From the sequence record DRR378314_445: DNA of 64,000 nucleotides; one strand, 5' to 3'. Positions 18,907 through 29,933 of this stretch are shown piece after piece (position 1 is the stretch's first letter; each line of letters starts with the position of its first letter). A program made the translations under genes and the position numbers. The notes under the pieces were generated by a model. It had not been told where the DNA came from. It searched no databases and saw nothing but the letters and a program-made list of their open reading frames with translations.

Positions 18907-20302
18907 TACCTTTATTTTCCTGAGGCTTACGGCGTGGACCACGACGACGGCGCGGTTTGCGTCGGCCTGATCCCGCTTCCGGCTTTGAGGACTTTAATTG
19001 CGCCGGGTTGTCCTGCGCTTTACTCCAGTGCTCTGCCAGCCCGGCTAATTTTTTATCGCTATTTTCCGCATAAGAGCGTAACAATAAAAAGTCGTAGGCC
19101 GCACGGAACCGTTTATGCTCAAGCACTTTTTGAGCGCGTACGCCTTTAGTGATATTCAAACGACGCTGTAACTGCCAGATATCTCTGGCTGGTAGACTGA
19201 ACCGTTTGGGTAATGAAACGCGTTGCGACTGTCTGTGAATAACATCAGCGGCGGCAACGTTTAACGCGTCCATAGGTGGCAGGCCACCTTCGTTCTCAAG
19301 TTGTTCGCGCCGAGCCTGTAACGGCCACCACAACAACACGGCAATTAAATAGGCCGGAGTAACACGCTGCTCTTCTGCAATGCGTCTGTCGGTGTCTTTA
19401 AAAGCTTTCAGCATCATTTGATATGCCGGGCTTTGTTCGTCAGCGACGTAATCTTTCAGCATTGGGAATAACTGCTGAAACAGTCCGAAATCTTTCATCA
19501 TCAGGAAGTTAGCTTCTGCTTTACCCGACATAAACATTTTCAGGAATTCGTCAAACAAACGTGCCGGTGGAATGTTTATCAGTAACGGCGCAAGTTCTTT
19601 TAGCGGGCCGCTGACCGAGTTATCCATCTGCATATTCAGTTTTGTGGCAAAGCGAACGGCGCGAAGCATGCGCACCGGATCTTCACGGTAGCGTACTTCC
19701 GGGTCACCAATCATCCGCAAAATGCCAGCGTTAATGTCATCAACGCCGTTGGCAAAATCGTAAATGGCGAAGTCAGCGATATTGTAATACAGCGCATTGG
19801 CGGTAAAATCGCGACGCTCGGCGTCTTCTTCTATGCTGCCATAGACATTATCGCGAACCAGCTGACCGTGCTCGTCCTGGTCTGCCGTGCGGTTTTTCTT
19901 ATTTTCTTCCTGCGGGCTGTCACCGTGGTGGCCGCGGAAAGTCGCAACTTCAATAACTTCTTTTCCAAACACCACATGGGCCAGGCGGAAGCGACGACCA
20001 ATTAGGCGACAGTTACGAAATAGGGACTTAATTTGCTCTGGTGTGGCATTAGTGGTGACATCAAAATCTTTTGGTTCAAGCCCCAGAAGAATATCGCGGA
20101 TGCAGCCGCCAACCAGATAGGCTTCAAAACCACTGTTGTGCAGGCGGTAAAGAACCTTTATTGCATTTTTACTGATATCGTTGCGGGATACTGGATGTTT
20201 GTCCCGTGAGATAACTTGTAATTTAGGTAACCGGCTGGATTCAGGCCCTGCCGCTTTACTGGAAAAGGCGCGCTTTGCCAGTGCTTTTATTCGCTTAATA
20301 AT
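18893..20302 (-). CDS. pcnB: Poly(A) polymerase I, AUU start
   Basis: The frame is open upstream of the track start through YLVGGCIRD...PKDFDV and LIGRRFRLAHV; also RRDFTAN, EDPVRMLRA, FRAAYDFL and an Arg-rich tail. ATT at 20302 follows SD AAGGGAGA; in-frame TAA at 20317-20315. Confidence 0.95.
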   Translation of the reverse strand: MIKRIKALAKRAFSSKAAGPESSRLPKLQVISRDKHPVSRNDISKNAIKVLYRLHNSGFEAYLVGGCIRDILLGLEPKDFDVTTNATPEQIKSLFRNCRLIGRRFRLAHVVFGKEVIEVATFRGHHGDSPQEENKKNRTADQDEHGQLVRDNVYGSIEEDAERRDFTANALYYNIADFAIYDFANGVDDINAGILRMIGDPEVRYREDPVRMLRAVRFATKLNMQMDNSVSGPLKELAPLLINIPPARLFDEFLKMFMSGKAEANFLMMKDFGLFQQLFPMLKDYVADEQSPAYQMMLKAFKDTDRRIAEEQRVTPAYLIAVLLWWPLQARREQLENEGGLPPMDALNVAAADVIHRQSQRVSLPKRFSLPARDIWQLQRRLNITKGVRAQKVLEHKRFRAAYDFLLLRSYAENSDKKLAGLAEHWSKAQDNPAQLKSSKPEAGSGRRKPRRRRGPRRKPQENKGNDAT

Positions 20303-20362
20303 GGTGGTTCTCCCTTACCATTGTTTTTATTTAGAATCAGTTGTTGTCTGCATATTGTACCG

Positions 20363-21214
20363 TTAACGACCTGCTATATGCCACTTTTTGCACCAACTTT
20401 GCAACGCCTGTTGCAATATTTCACTGACAGGGCTGTGTCGCAGCTCTGGTTCTGGTTTAATACCCAGATAATCCAGTGCTGTGAAAAGGTTATTACTTGC
20501 CTGGCTGGATTCAATTGACGGTGCATGGTTTTGCTTACTCAATTTGAGTCCATCGTCATTCATTATCAGAGGTAAGTGCATCATTCTCGGCTGCTTTCCG
20601 GTGAAATACTGCCATAAAGTCAGCTGCCAGAAGCTTGGAGTTATCAAGTCGCTGCCACGCACAATATCGGTAATACCCTGTTCAATATCATCAACGACCA
20701 CAGCCAGCTGGTAAGCATACAATCCGTCGCGACGCTTCAGTACGAAGTCTTCACTGACTGAGGCTGAGTGATCTTCTAATAAGCCGTGTGCGCGGTCATT
20801 AAATGTATCAACCGGGTTATTATTAATGAAGCGCAGGGCGTAAGGGGTTGAACGAGGCTGGCGGTTACGACAGTAGCCATCGTAGTGATCGCTGCGGGCA
20901 CGAATAGCCCGGCGACTGCAGTCGCATTGATAAAGACGTTGAGCGTTTCCCAGCTGATTGAGCTGATGCTGGTAAACTGAATCACGCTGGCTTTGGTATA
21001 AAACGGGACCGTCCCATTCTAGACCATGAGCTTCTAACTGCGTTAAAATGGTATCGGCCGCTCCGGGCACGGCTCGCGGTTTATCGACATCTTCAATGCG
21101 AACCAGCCACTCACCTCTATGCGCTTTAGCATCTAAGTAGCTACCAATGGCAGCTACTAATGATCCCAGGTGCAAAGGCCCTGAAGGCGTTGGAGCGAAA
21201 CGGCCACGATACAT
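20363..21214 (-). CDS. gluQ: Glutamyl-Q tRNA(Asp) synthetase
   Basis: GRFAPTPSGPLHLGS, CDCSR...YDGYC, AYQLAVVVDD and KLSKQN; no anticodon-binding domain. Confidence 0.96.
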   Translation of the reverse strand: MYRGRFAPTPSGPLHLGSLVAAIGSYLDAKAHRGEWLVRIEDVDKPRAVPGAADTILTQLEAHGLEWDGPVLYQSQRDSVYQHQLNQLGNAQRLYQCDCSRRAIRARSDHYDGYCRNRQPRSTPYALRFINNNPVDTFNDRAHGLLEDHSASVSEDFVLKRRDGLYAYQLAVVVDDIEQGITDIVRGSDLITPSFWQLTLWQYFTGKQPRMMHLPLIMNDDGLKLSKQNHAPSIESSQASNNLFTALDYLGIKPEPELRHSPVSEILQQALQSWCKKWHIAGR

Positions 21215-21220
21215 GAGCCT

Positions 21221-21673
21221 TTAGGCTCCGGTCATTTGCTTCTCTTTCATCTCGGCCAGCGTTTTACAGTCGACGCACTGGTCAGCTGTTGGGCGAGCTT
21301 CTAAACGGCGGATACCAATTTCAATTCCGCACGATTCGCAAAAGCCAAAATCATCTTCTTCTATCTTTTGTAAGGTTTTTTCAATCTTCTTAATCAACTT
21401 ACGCTCACGGTCACGTGTACGCAGTTCGATACTAAATTCTTCTTCCTGCGCAGCGCGGTCTACCGGATCAGGAAAGTTCGCGGCTTCGTCTTTCATATGA
21501 TGCACTGTGCGATCAACTTCCTGACGTAATTGACGACGCCATTCTTCCAGAATACGACGAAAATGCGAACGTTGCGCATCGTTCATGTACTCTTCGCCCT
21601 GTTTTTCCTGATACGGCTCCAGGCCGGCCATCGCCAGGATGCCATGGGTTTTCTTATCCTTGCCTTGAGGCAT
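21221..21673 (-). CDS. dksA: RNA polymerase-binding transcription factor DksA
   Basis: [18 protein letters not shown] and zinc finger CESC...CVDC; start at 21673 or 21676. Confidence 0.98.
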   Translation of the reverse strand: MPQGKDKKTHGILAMAGLEPYQEKQGEEYMNDAQRSHFRRILEEWRRQLRQEVDRTVHHMKDEAANFPDPVDRAAQEEEFSIELRTRDRERKLIKKIEKTLQKIEEDDFGFCESCGIEIGIRRLEARPTADQCVDCKTLAEMKEKQMTGA

Positions 21674-21738
21674 CATGGATCTCCTACATTCTCTATAAAA
21701 GAGTGCTTAAAAAGCAGTACATTAAAAAAAGGACGCTA

Positions 21739-21767
21739 CGTATACCAGAAAGGTTTACGGTTGGCAA
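21739..21767 (-). promoter_or_regulatory. Putative sigma70 promoter of dksA
   Basis: Minus strand reads TTGCCA-N17-TATACG with a TGn extension. Confidence 0.4.
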
Positions 21768-21815
21768 CGTCATTCGGATTAAATTTCTGCGGTGAAATTG
21801 TGAAGGCATTGAGTT

Positions 21816-22520
21816 TTAAAGGCTTACGGGAACTGGTCTCTCCAGTTTTATTTCTTTCGCCGACGCGCGGCACTTTACTGCATAAAACTCGACTCCGACT
21901 GACGCTGCTTTTTTACACAGCTCAGCATACTGGCTATCAATATGTGCGGCGGGAGAAACTCGTTCGATACCGTCGTGCATTACCATGTAAAGCTGCACTG
22001 CGCGATGACCATCGGCCACAACCTGCATCAGTTCATTAAGGTGTTTGTGAGCGCGTTGGCTGACTGCGTCGGGAAAGTAACCCTGACTCGCGTCCGCTAA
22101 AGTGACGCTTTTTACTTCAATAAAGCATTCACGGTTATGCTGGTCTACGCCCCACCAGTCGATGCGGCTTTTTTCCTTACCGTAGCGTTGCTCTGGTTTC
22201 AGCTCTTGCCACTGACTTAATTCAGGTACAAGGTTGGTTTGTAGTAACTCTCCGGCCATGCGATTGGCGTGCTGTGTATTGACCACAATCATTTCACCGT
22301 TGTTATTCTGCGCGAGCTCCCAGGTCAGTGAGTATTTACGTTTGGGGTTATCGGAAACACTGCACCAGGCTGTAAAGCCGGGTTCTGCACACCCGGTCAT
22401 GGCTCCGGTATTAGGGCAGTGGGTTGTCGTCGTTTCGTTGTCACCAAAATCAATGTCGGCGAGAAAACGTTTGTATCTTTTTTGCAAAACTCCCTGGCGC
22501 AGGGGCTTGTTAAATTGCAT
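21816..22520 (-). CDS. sfsA: Sugar fermentation stimulation protein (nuclease-like)
   Basis: KRYKRFLAD, HCPNTGAM, SRID, EVKSVTL and FPDAVSQRAHKHL; start MQFNK at 22520. Confidence 0.95.
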   Translation of the reverse strand: MQFNKPLRQGVLQKRYKRFLADIDFGDNETTTTHCPNTGAMTGCAEPGFTAWCSVSDNPKRKYSLTWELAQNNNGEMIVVNTQHANRMAGELLQTNLVPELSQWQELKPEQRYGKEKSRIDWWGVDQHNRECFIEVKSVTLADASQGYFPDAVSQRAHKHLNELMQVVADGHRAVQLYMVMHDGIERVSPAAHIDSQYAELCKKAASVGVEFYAVKCRASAKEIKLERPVPVSL

Positions 22521-22576
22521 CAGAGACCTCATAACTCTAGTATAAACAGACAGCAAATTATCGGGAGAGGTACAGA

Positions 22577-23875
22577 ATGTCCAGCGCACTCGCAATCTAT
22601 TTAACTCAGGAAGCCCCCGCAAGTTATTGGAATCCAAAATCAAACTTAGTCTTTGGTGACAACAAAGCACAAATCACCTTAGTTGAAGATGAAGCTGAAA
22701 ACTTGCGGCGTATCCAAAAAGCAGGCCGGACTCTGGACAACACCGGAGCAGTAACCATTGAAGCTGCCGGCAGTGACTGGAACCTGGAGCGTCAGTGGGC
22801 GCTGTCACAAGGTTTTACTTCAACCTTGTCGACCAATCAGGTTATCTGGAATAAAACTGACGAGCCTGCAGTCAAAGAACTTGATGCCATGCGTGAAGCG
22901 ACTCGTTTCAGCCGTGAACTGACCAATTTGTCAGCGGAAGAAATTTACCCTGAAAGTTTGGCGCAACGTGTAACCGAACACTTTAAGGCTCTGGCGCCAG
23001 ACGCCATCAGTGCGGAATTTATAAAAGGTGAAGCGCTGAAAGATGCTGGCTGGATGGGAATTTACACCGTAGGTCGTGCCAGTCAGCACGCACCAGGCTT
23101 ATTGGTATTAGATTACAACCCAACCGGCGATGACAATGCGCCAGTAGAAACGGCGTTAATAGGTAAGGGTATTACCTACGACAGTGGTGGTTACAGTATT
23201 AAGCCGAGCGAAGGCATGCTCGCTATGAAGTGCGACATGGGTGGTGCAGCTACCGTATCCGGTGCATTGTCGCTGGCAATACGCCGGGGTCTGAACAAGC
23301 GCGTGAAGCTCATTCTTTGCTGTGCCGAAAACATGATTGATGGTCGCGCGTACAAATTAGGCGACATTATTCGCTATAAAAACGGCCTGACGGTTGAAGT
23401 TGTTAATACCGATGCCGAAGGTCGTCTGGTGCTGGCCGATGGCTTACAGGCAGCGGGTGAGTTTGGTGCGAAACAGATTATTGATGCGGCAACGCTGACC
23501 GGCGCCGCGCAAATGGCGGTTGGTAATGAATACAACGCGCTGTTTAGTGTGGATGAAGTGGCTGCCACTAAAGCATTGGCTAATGCGGATAAAGAAAATG
23601 AGCTATTGTGGCGCTTACCTTTAGCCCCATGGCATAGTGAAAACTGTCCGTCAGCTTTTGCTGATACGGCAAACAGCCGTCCGCAAAAAGGCGGTGGTGC
23701 CGGTGGTGCAAGCAACGCCGCAGGCTTTTTACTGCGCTTTGCGCCGAACAGCGGCAAAGGCTGGTTGCACTTCGATTTAGCTGGCGCTTACCAAAAATCG
23801 GCGACCTCTATGTGGGCGACAGGCGCTACCGCCGCCGGTGTGCGCACCATAGCCGCAACCGTACAAGGTGATTAA
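22577..23875 (+). CDS. pepB: Aminopeptidase B (M17)
   Basis: GKGITYDSGG, MKCDMGGAA, NTDAEGRLVLAD and GWLHFD; 432 aa with a PepB-type N-terminus. Confidence 0.93.
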   Translation: MSSALAIYLTQEAPASYWNPKSNLVFGDNKAQITLVEDEAENLRRIQKAGRTLDNTGAVTIEAAGSDWNLERQWALSQGFTSTLSTNQVIWNKTDEPAVKELDAMREATRFSRELTNLSAEEIYPESLAQRVTEHFKALAPDAISAEFIKGEALKDAGWMGIYTVGRASQHAPGLLVLDYNPTGDDNAPVETALIGKGITYDSGGYSIKPSEGMLAMKCDMGGAATVSGALSLAIRRGLNKRVKLILCCAENMIDGRAYKLGDIIRYKNGLTVEVVNTDAEGRLVLADGLQAAGEFGAKQIIDAATLTGAAQMAVGNEYNALFSVDEVAATKALANADKENELLWRLPLAPWHSENCPSAFADTANSRPQKGGGAGGASNAAGFLLRFAPNSGKGWLHFDLAGAYQKSATSMWATGATAAGVRTIAATVQGD

Positions 23876-23881
23876 TTTGGC

Positions 23882-26344
23882 ATGACCTTGCCAATTGAGA
23901 GCGTGCTGCCAGAGCTGGCGAAAGCCTTTCCGGCAGCACGTGTCGTTATTGAGGCACCGCCCGGTGCCGGCAAATCAACACAACTTCCGTTATTTCTGTT
24001 GCAGCAGGGTATTGCCGATGACGGCCTTATTGTCATGCTGCAGCCCCGGCGTGTTGCTGCGCTGAATATTGCTCATTATTTGGCTAAGCAGTTGGGAGAA
24101 CCGGTGGGTGAGCAGGTCGGCTATACGGTGCGCGGCGACAGCAAGCGCAGTAAGGCAACTAAGTTACTTATCATTACGGAAGGTGTATTGGTTCGGTGGC
24201 TGCAGGACGATCCTGAACTTAGCGGCATTGGCACGCTGATCTTCGATGAATTCCACGAGCGCAATTTGCACAGTGACTTAAGTCTGGCGCTGGTGATTGA
24301 TGCCCTGCCATTGCGTCCGGATTTAAACCTGCTGATTATGTCGGCCACCTTGCCCGCAGAAAATCTGAAACTCTGGCTAGAGAATTACTGTGATCAGGTG
24401 CAGGTTTTGCGCAGCGAAGGCCGCAGTTATCCGGTTGAGTATCACTATCGCCCAGCATCTCATGTTACTCAATGGCTGGCTGAATTACCCAAAGTGGTTG
24501 TCGAAGCCTTTGCTGCTGCCGAAAAAGGTGTTCTGGTTTTCCTGCCGGGCGTTTATGAAATACAAAAGATTGCGACTGAACTGAGTCAGCGAATGCCGCC
24601 GGGCACACTCATCTTACCCCTGCATGGGCGTATCCCCTTGCAGCAACAGCGGCAAGTATTAAAAGCATCGGACGAAAAACGCATTATTCTGGCAACTAAT
24701 ATTGCCGAAACCAGCTTAACTCTGGACGGTATTGATGTGGTTGTCGACAGTGGTCGCGAGCGCCGGGCTCAGTACCTGCCTCAATACGGATTAAGCCAGT
24801 TAACGACGCAACGTATTGCTAAAGCTTCAGCAACACAGCGTGCCGGGCGTGCGGGTCGTCAGCAGGCGGGGCAATGTTTTCGTTTGTGGGCGCGCTCCGA
24901 CGAGCATGGCTTTGCCGATTATGCGCCTCCGGACGTTGCCACTCAGGATTTATCAGCACTGGTACTGGATGTGTTGCGCTGGGGCAGTGAGGTGAGCCAA
25001 CTGGCCTGGTTTTCTCAGCCTGACCCGGGGCATTGTGCCGCGGCGACCGATTTTTTAGCCAGTACCGGCTTAATAAGGCAGGGGCAGTTAACCGCAAAAG
25101 CCCGTCAGCTGGAGTCCGGCGGTTTTGATCCCAGAATTTTACTGGTGGCGGATGCAGCCAAAATGCTGAAGAACGAGCAGCAAGCCGCTATGGCTCGTGT
25201 TCTGGCGACACTGGAAGAGCCGCAAACTAGCATAAAATCAGTCGATCTGTCTGAACGTATCCAGCAGCATTATCAACAACGAAACCAGGCGCCTTTGTGG
25301 CAACAACGCTGGCGCTATTGGTTAAACCATTTTGGGCTGAAAGAAGCTGCAGAAACCGCAGAAGCCAGTGCAGAAGGACTTGCCGTCGCCTTACTGCAGG
25401 GTTACCCCGACCGAGTTGCAAAGTACGATGTCAGCCGAGGTGACTTTCAACTGGCTTGTGGTGGTCGGGTCAGTGGCGACAGCAGTCGCCTTAAGCAGCC
25501 AGCCTGGGCAATTATTTTTGATGTCACCTTTCATGAGCAAGACACGATAGGCCGCAGTCGCTGCCTGTTACCTGTGGACGGTGCCCAGGCGTTACTGAAA
25601 GAAGCAGGCATTCCTTTGCAGACCTTGCAAACAGCTGAATGGGTAGGTGAGCAGCAACAACTGCGACAAATAACTCGTACTCAACTGGGCTCCCTGGTAC
25701 TCAGCCAGACTACTAATAGTGGACAGGTTTCCAATGAACAAAAAGCCGACGCCTTCTGCCTGTGGTTGCGCGATAAAGGACTGGATAAACTCAACTGGAG
25801 TCAACGCGCGAAACAGCTACAACGGCGGGTCTACTGGTTGCAACAAGCCGGAGAGCTGAGCGCCTACGACATGAGCGATGCAGGATTACTTAATAGCCTG
25901 GAGCGCTGGGCGGCGCCGTATTGGACGAATTTCCGGTCACTAAAACAATTGCAGCAGTGGGATCCATACGAGGCCTTGTGTTATTTTCTCGACTACTCAG
26001 AACTGCAACGTCTTAATACGGCCTGTCCTGAATGGTGGCAAACTCCGACAGAACGTAAAGTGTTTATAAATTATCTGGACGACACCCCCCGGGTTGAGGT
26101 CAAATTACAGGAAATGTTTGGTGTCTCTGAGTCGCCTAAAATTATCGATAACCGACAAGTTGTGACCGTTGATCTTCTGTCGCCGGCCGGGCGTTTGTTA
26201 CAGCGAACCAATGATCTCGCGAGTTTCTGGCAAAATGCTTACGCCGACGTGCGCAAAGAAATGCGCGGTCGCTATCCTAAGCATCCGTGGCCCGAAGACC
26301 CTCTGAATGCAACCGCAACGTTTAAAACCAAAAGGCAGCAGTAG
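23882..26344 (+). CDS. hrpB: ATP-dependent RNA helicase HrpB
   Basis: APPGAGKST, DEFHER, MSAT, TNIAETSLT, QRAGRAGR and terminal GRYPKHPWP. Confidence 0.96.
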   Translation: MTLPIESVLPELAKAFPAARVVIEAPPGAGKSTQLPLFLLQQGIADDGLIVMLQPRRVAALNIAHYLAKQLGEPVGEQVGYTVRGDSKRSKATKLLIITEGVLVRWLQDDPELSGIGTLIFDEFHERNLHSDLSLALVIDALPLRPDLNLLIMSATLPAENLKLWLENYCDQVQVLRSEGRSYPVEYHYRPASHVTQWLAELPKVVVEAFAAAEKGVLVFLPGVYEIQKIATELSQRMPPGTLILPLHGRIPLQQQRQVLKASDEKRIILATNIAETSLTLDGIDVVVDSGRERRAQYLPQYGLSQLTTQRIAKASATQRAGRAGRQQAGQCFRLWARSDEHGFADYAPPDVATQDLSALVLDVLRWGSEVSQLAWFSQPDPGHCAAATDFLASTGLIRQGQLTAKARQLESGGFDPRILLVADAAKMLKNEQQAAMARVLATLEEPQTSIKSVDLSERIQQHYQQRNQAPLWQQRWRYWLNHFGLKEAAETAEASAEGLAVALLQGYPDRVAKYDVSRGDFQLACGGRVSGDSSRLKQPAWAIIFDVTFHEQDTIGRSRCLLPVDGAQALLKEAGIPLQTLQTAEWVGEQQQLRQITRTQLGSLVLSQTTNSGQVSNEQKADAFCLWLRDKGLDKLNWSQRAKQLQRRVYWLQQAGELSAYDMSDAGLLNSLERWAAPYWTNFRSLKQLQQWDPYEALCYFLDYSELQRLNTACPEWWQTPTERKVFINYLDDTPRVEVKLQEMFGVSESPKIIDNRQVVTVDLLSPAGRLLQRTNDLASFWQNAYADVRKEMRGRYPKHPWPEDPLNATATFKTKRQQ

Positions 26345-28611
26345 TGATAAAAAGTCGATGGTTTCAATACCTATTCTGGACAAGCTTTAAGATAGGGCTG
26401 GTACTTATCGCCGTTATTGGGCTTTATGCCATTTATCTGGATGCCAGTTTATCCCGTCATTTTAGTAACAAGCGCTATCAGGCCCCTGCTTTGGTTTACG
26501 CGGATGAGGTAACGCTGAGAAACAATCATCCTATGCGGCTGCAACGGCTAGTCGGCATTCTGGAGCGAGTCGGTTATCAGCGTAATAGTAATACCGAGCA
26601 GTCGGGTTACTACTCGGTGGGTAAAAATAATGTCATGGTGCATCGTCGACCTTTCGACTTTTCCGATGGTCCGCAAATGGCGCAAAGAGTGCAAATCAAC
26701 TTTCACGGCGACCGTATTAAGTCTATTAAGAGCTGGCCCAGTGGCAGAGAGCTGGAAAGCTTTCGCCTGGAACCTGAGCTAATAGGCCGCATTAGTACCT
26801 TAAGTAAAGAAGACCGTTTGTTAGTTGGGCTGGAAGTCGTGCCTAACTTACTCATTGAAACCCTATTAAAAGTTGAAGACAGAAATTTTTATCATCATCA
26901 GGGGGTATCGCCCTGGTCAATTCTAAGGGCGTTGGCTGCCAACCTGAAAGCAGGCAGGACGGTTCAGGGCGGTTCTACGCTGACTCAGCAGTTGGTCAAA
27001 AACCTCTACCTGAGCCGAGACCAGACGTTATGGCGTAAGTTTCACGAAGCCATGATGTCGCTGGTTATCGATTACCGGTTTGATAAAAACACCATATTAG
27101 AGACCTACCTGAACGAAGTGTACTTTGGCCAGGACGGAAGCAACGCTATTCACGGTATAGGACTTGCCAGTCAGTTTTATTTTGGTAAGCAGGTACAGGA
27201 GCTGAACCCAAGCGAAATTGCTTTAATGGTGGGGATGATAAAGGGGCCTTCTTATTATGATCCAAGACGCTACCCCGAGCGTGCCCGTAGCCGCAGGGAC
27301 ACCGTGCTTAAAGTCATGTTTGAACAGGATTTACTCGGTAAAGATAACTACGTTGCTGCGGTTGAACAGGCGCTTGACGTTAAAGAAAGCCGCCGTCTGG
27401 TTGAGCATCCTTACCCCCATTATATGGACTTAGTACGTCGGGAAATGAAGCGTATTATTCTGCCGGAAGACTGGCAGGAAACTGGGCTGAAAATCTTCAC
27501 GCATTTGCAGGTGGATGCACAAAATGCAGTACAACGCTCGTTAGCACAACAGCTTATGGCTGACGGCGAAGATGAGAAGTTAGAAGGGGCAATGGTCGTT
27601 GCTGATTACCGCAACGGCACTATTAGCGCGCTCGCTGGTGGCCGCTTAAGTCAGGCTATAGGTTATAACCGGGCGTTGTTGGCACTGCGGCCAATAGGCT
27701 CATTAATGAAGCCTATTATATACGCAGCCGCGATGCAGGATTCAGACATTGGTCTGCATACGCCGGTTGCAGATGAACCCATTACTTTATCGGATAAAAA
27801 GGGAAAAGAATGGAAGCCGCAAAACTACGATAAAGAGTTTGATGGTAGTTTGCTGTTGTACGATGCCTTGGTTCAGTCGCGCAACTTACCGGCCGTTCGG
27901 GTGGGCATGGAAGTAGGTATAGATCAACTGGTGAGTTATTTACGCGAGTTAGGCGTGACAACGCCGTTACAAGCCTATCCATCGTTGACTTTAGGATCTG
28001 CATCGTTGTCTCCCGTAGCGGTGACACGAATGTACAGTGCGCTTATGAATGATGGCCGTTATCAGCCTTTAGCTGCGGTGTCGTCTATCACCACCCATCA
28101 GGGCGAAGTGCTGTATCGGCGTCAGAAGTCTGAAGCAGATGTGGTTTTCGATAAAAATGTGTCTTATCTGACTCGCTATGGTTTACGGGGAGTGGTGGCT
28201 GAGGGTACCGCAAGTCGTCTGCAACGTGCTTTAGCCGGTCAGGTAGTTGGTGGCAAGACAGGTACAACGAATGATTATCGCGACAGCTGGTTTGTTGCAG
28301 TAGATGGTGAGCACGTGGTTACGGTCTGGTTAGGTCGTGATGATAACCAGCCGGTTGGCTTAACCGGAAGTAGCGGCGCTCTCAAAGTTGTGGCGGATTT
28401 TTATGACTACTTACCGCCGTTGAGCATGGCTTTAGATGTACCGGAGCCTCTGCAGATGCAAAATTTTCACCCGACAACGGGACAGAGAATTCCTGAAGAC
28501 TGCAACAATGGTCGGAAATTACCGGCTGAGGAAATCAGGCTCCCCGAGGATATTACCTGTGAAGGCACTATCCGCGAGAAAAGCTGGTGGGAACGTTTAT
28601 TTGGTGGCTAA
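26344..28611 (+). CDS. mrcB: Penicillin-binding protein 1B
   Basis: TM anchor and UB2H-like region; glycosyltransferase motifs EDRNFY and GGSTLTQQLVKN; transpeptidase motifs SLMK, SRN and KTG. Confidence 0.96.
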   Translation: MIKSRWFQYLFWTSFKIGLVLIAVIGLYAIYLDASLSRHFSNKRYQAPALVYADEVTLRNNHPMRLQRLVGILERVGYQRNSNTEQSGYYSVGKNNVMVHRRPFDFSDGPQMAQRVQINFHGDRIKSIKSWPSGRELESFRLEPELIGRISTLSKEDRLLVGLEVVPNLLIETLLKVEDRNFYHHQGVSPWSILRALAANLKAGRTVQGGSTLTQQLVKNLYLSRDQTLWRKFHEAMMSLVIDYRFDKNTILETYLNEVYFGQDGSNAIHGIGLASQFYFGKQVQELNPSEIALMVGMIKGPSYYDPRRYPERARSRRDTVLKVMFEQDLLGKDNYVAAVEQALDVKESRRLVEHPYPHYMDLVRREMKRIILPEDWQETGLKIFTHLQVDAQNAVQRSLAQQLMADGEDEKLEGAMVVADYRNGTISALAGGRLSQAIGYNRALLALRPIGSLMKPIIYAAAMQDSDIGLHTPVADEPITLSDKKGKEWKPQNYDKEFDGSLLLYDALVQSRNLPAVRVGMEVGIDQLVSYLRELGVTTPLQAYPSLTLGSASLSPVAVTRMYSALMNDGRYQPLAAVSSITTHQGEVLYRRQKSEADVVFDKNVSYLTRYGLRGVVAEGTASRLQRALAGQVVGGKTGTTNDYRDSWFVAVDGEHVVTVWLGRDDNQPVGLTGSSGALKVVADFYDYLPPLSMALDVPEPLQMQNFHPTTGQRIPEDCNNGRKLPAEEIRLPEDITCEGTIREKSWWERLFGG

Positions 28612-28649
28612 AAGCGCCCGGGCCAAGGCCAGGCGCTACAGCCGTAGAG

Positions 28650-29933
28650 TTACGCTAACTTAGCAAAAGCTTTTTCAGCGGCATTCAGAGTGTTTTGAAT
28701 GTCTTCTTCGCTGTGCGCTGCCGACATAAAGCCGCCTTCAAAGGCCGATGGCGCAAGATACACGCCTTGCTCTAACATGGCGTGATAAAACGTCTTAAAG
28801 TGCTCCATATTACATTGTGTGGCCTGAGCGTAAGTGGTTACTTCGGGCTCTTCAGTAAAAAAGAAACCAAACATAGAACCGGCGCGATTTGTTGTCATTG
28901 GCACGCCAGCCCGGTCAGCACGCTCCTGTAAACCGTCAAGCAGTGTGTCAACGCGTTGGTAAAGCTGGTCGTAAAGCCCTGGGGTGGATAACTGCTGTAA
29001 CGCTGCCAAGCCTGCTGCCATGGCGACTGGGTTACCCGATAAGGTTCCTGCCTGATACACAGGGCCAACCGGTGCAATATAGTCCATGATTTCTTTTTTA
29101 CCGCCAAACGCGCCAACCGGCATACCACCGCCAATCACTTTACCTAAAGTCGTGAGGTCTGGTTTAATCTTATAGCGATCCTGAGCGCCGCCCGGAGCTA
29201 CGCGGAAACCGGTCATAACTTCGTCAAAAATCAGAACTGAACCGTGGTCGTCACAAATGCTGCGTAAGCCTTCCAGAAAACCGTCAACCGGTGGAATACA
29301 GTTCATGTTACCGGCTACCGGCTCAACAATAATGCAGGCAATCTCGTCGCCCATTTCAGCGAAAATCTGTTTCACCGATTCAATATCGTTGTAAGTTGCG
29401 GTTAAGGTATGTTTCGCAAAGTCTTCCGGAATGCCGGGAGAGTTAGGAACGCCCAGAGTCAAAGCACCTGAACCAGCTTTAACCAGCAAGGAGTCGGCAT
29501 GACCGTGGTAGTTACCTTCAAACTTCAGAATTTTATCCCGACCAGTATAGCCGCGTGCCAGACGAATGGCAGTCATAGTGGCTTCAGTACCGGAATTCAC
29601 CATACGCACTTTTTCAATAGAAGGGACTATTTTGCGAATAGTCTCCGCCATGGTGATTTCAACTTCCGTCGGTGTGCCGAAGCTCAAGCCTCGCTTAGCG
29701 GCCTGCAGGGTGGCTTCTAACACTGCCGGGTGGTTATGCCCCAAAATCATTGGGCCCCATGAGCCGACGTAATCGATATAACGTTTGCCGTCTGCATCAA
29801 TCATATAAGCGCCTTCAGCACTCTCAAAGAAGATGGGGCTGCCACCAACGCCGTTAAAAGCCCGAACCGGCGAGTTAACGCCGCCAGGGATACTGATTTG
29901 TGCTTGAGTGTATAATTCTTCTGAGCGACTCAT
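28650..29933 (-). CDS. hemL: Glutamate-1-semialdehyde 2,1-aminomutase
   Basis: [34 protein letters not shown] and GTLSGNP. Confidence 0.98.
   Translation of the reverse strand: MSRSEELYTQAQISIPGGVNSPVRAFNGVGGSPIFFESAEGAYMIDADGKRYIDYVGSWGPMILGHNHPAVLEATLQAAKRGLSFGTPTEVEITMAETIRKIVPSIEKVRMVNSGTEATMTAIRLARGYTGRDKILKFEGNYHGHADSLLVKAGSGALTLGVPNSPGIPEDFAKHTLTATYNDIESVKQIFAEMGDEIACIIVEPVAGNMNCIPPVDGFLEGLRSICDDHGSVLIFDEVMTGFRVAPGGAQDRYKIKPDLTTLGKVIGGGMPVGAFGGKKEIMDYIAPVGPVYQAGTLSGNPVAMAAGLAALQQLSTPGLYDQLYQRVDTLLDGLQERADRAGVPMTTNRAGSMFGFFFTEEPEVTTYAQATQCNMEHFKTFYHAMLEQGVYLAPSAFEGGFMSAAHSEEDIQNTLNAAEKAFAKLA

Noticed and set aside
18893..19975. pcnB as a 5'-truncated pseudogene
   Set aside because: The frame continues intact to an ATT codon with a good SD sequence.
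28613..28639. GC-rich imperfect hairpin between mrcB and hemL
   Set aside because: The stem has mismatches and no clear U-tract on the plus strand; too weak to call a terminator.
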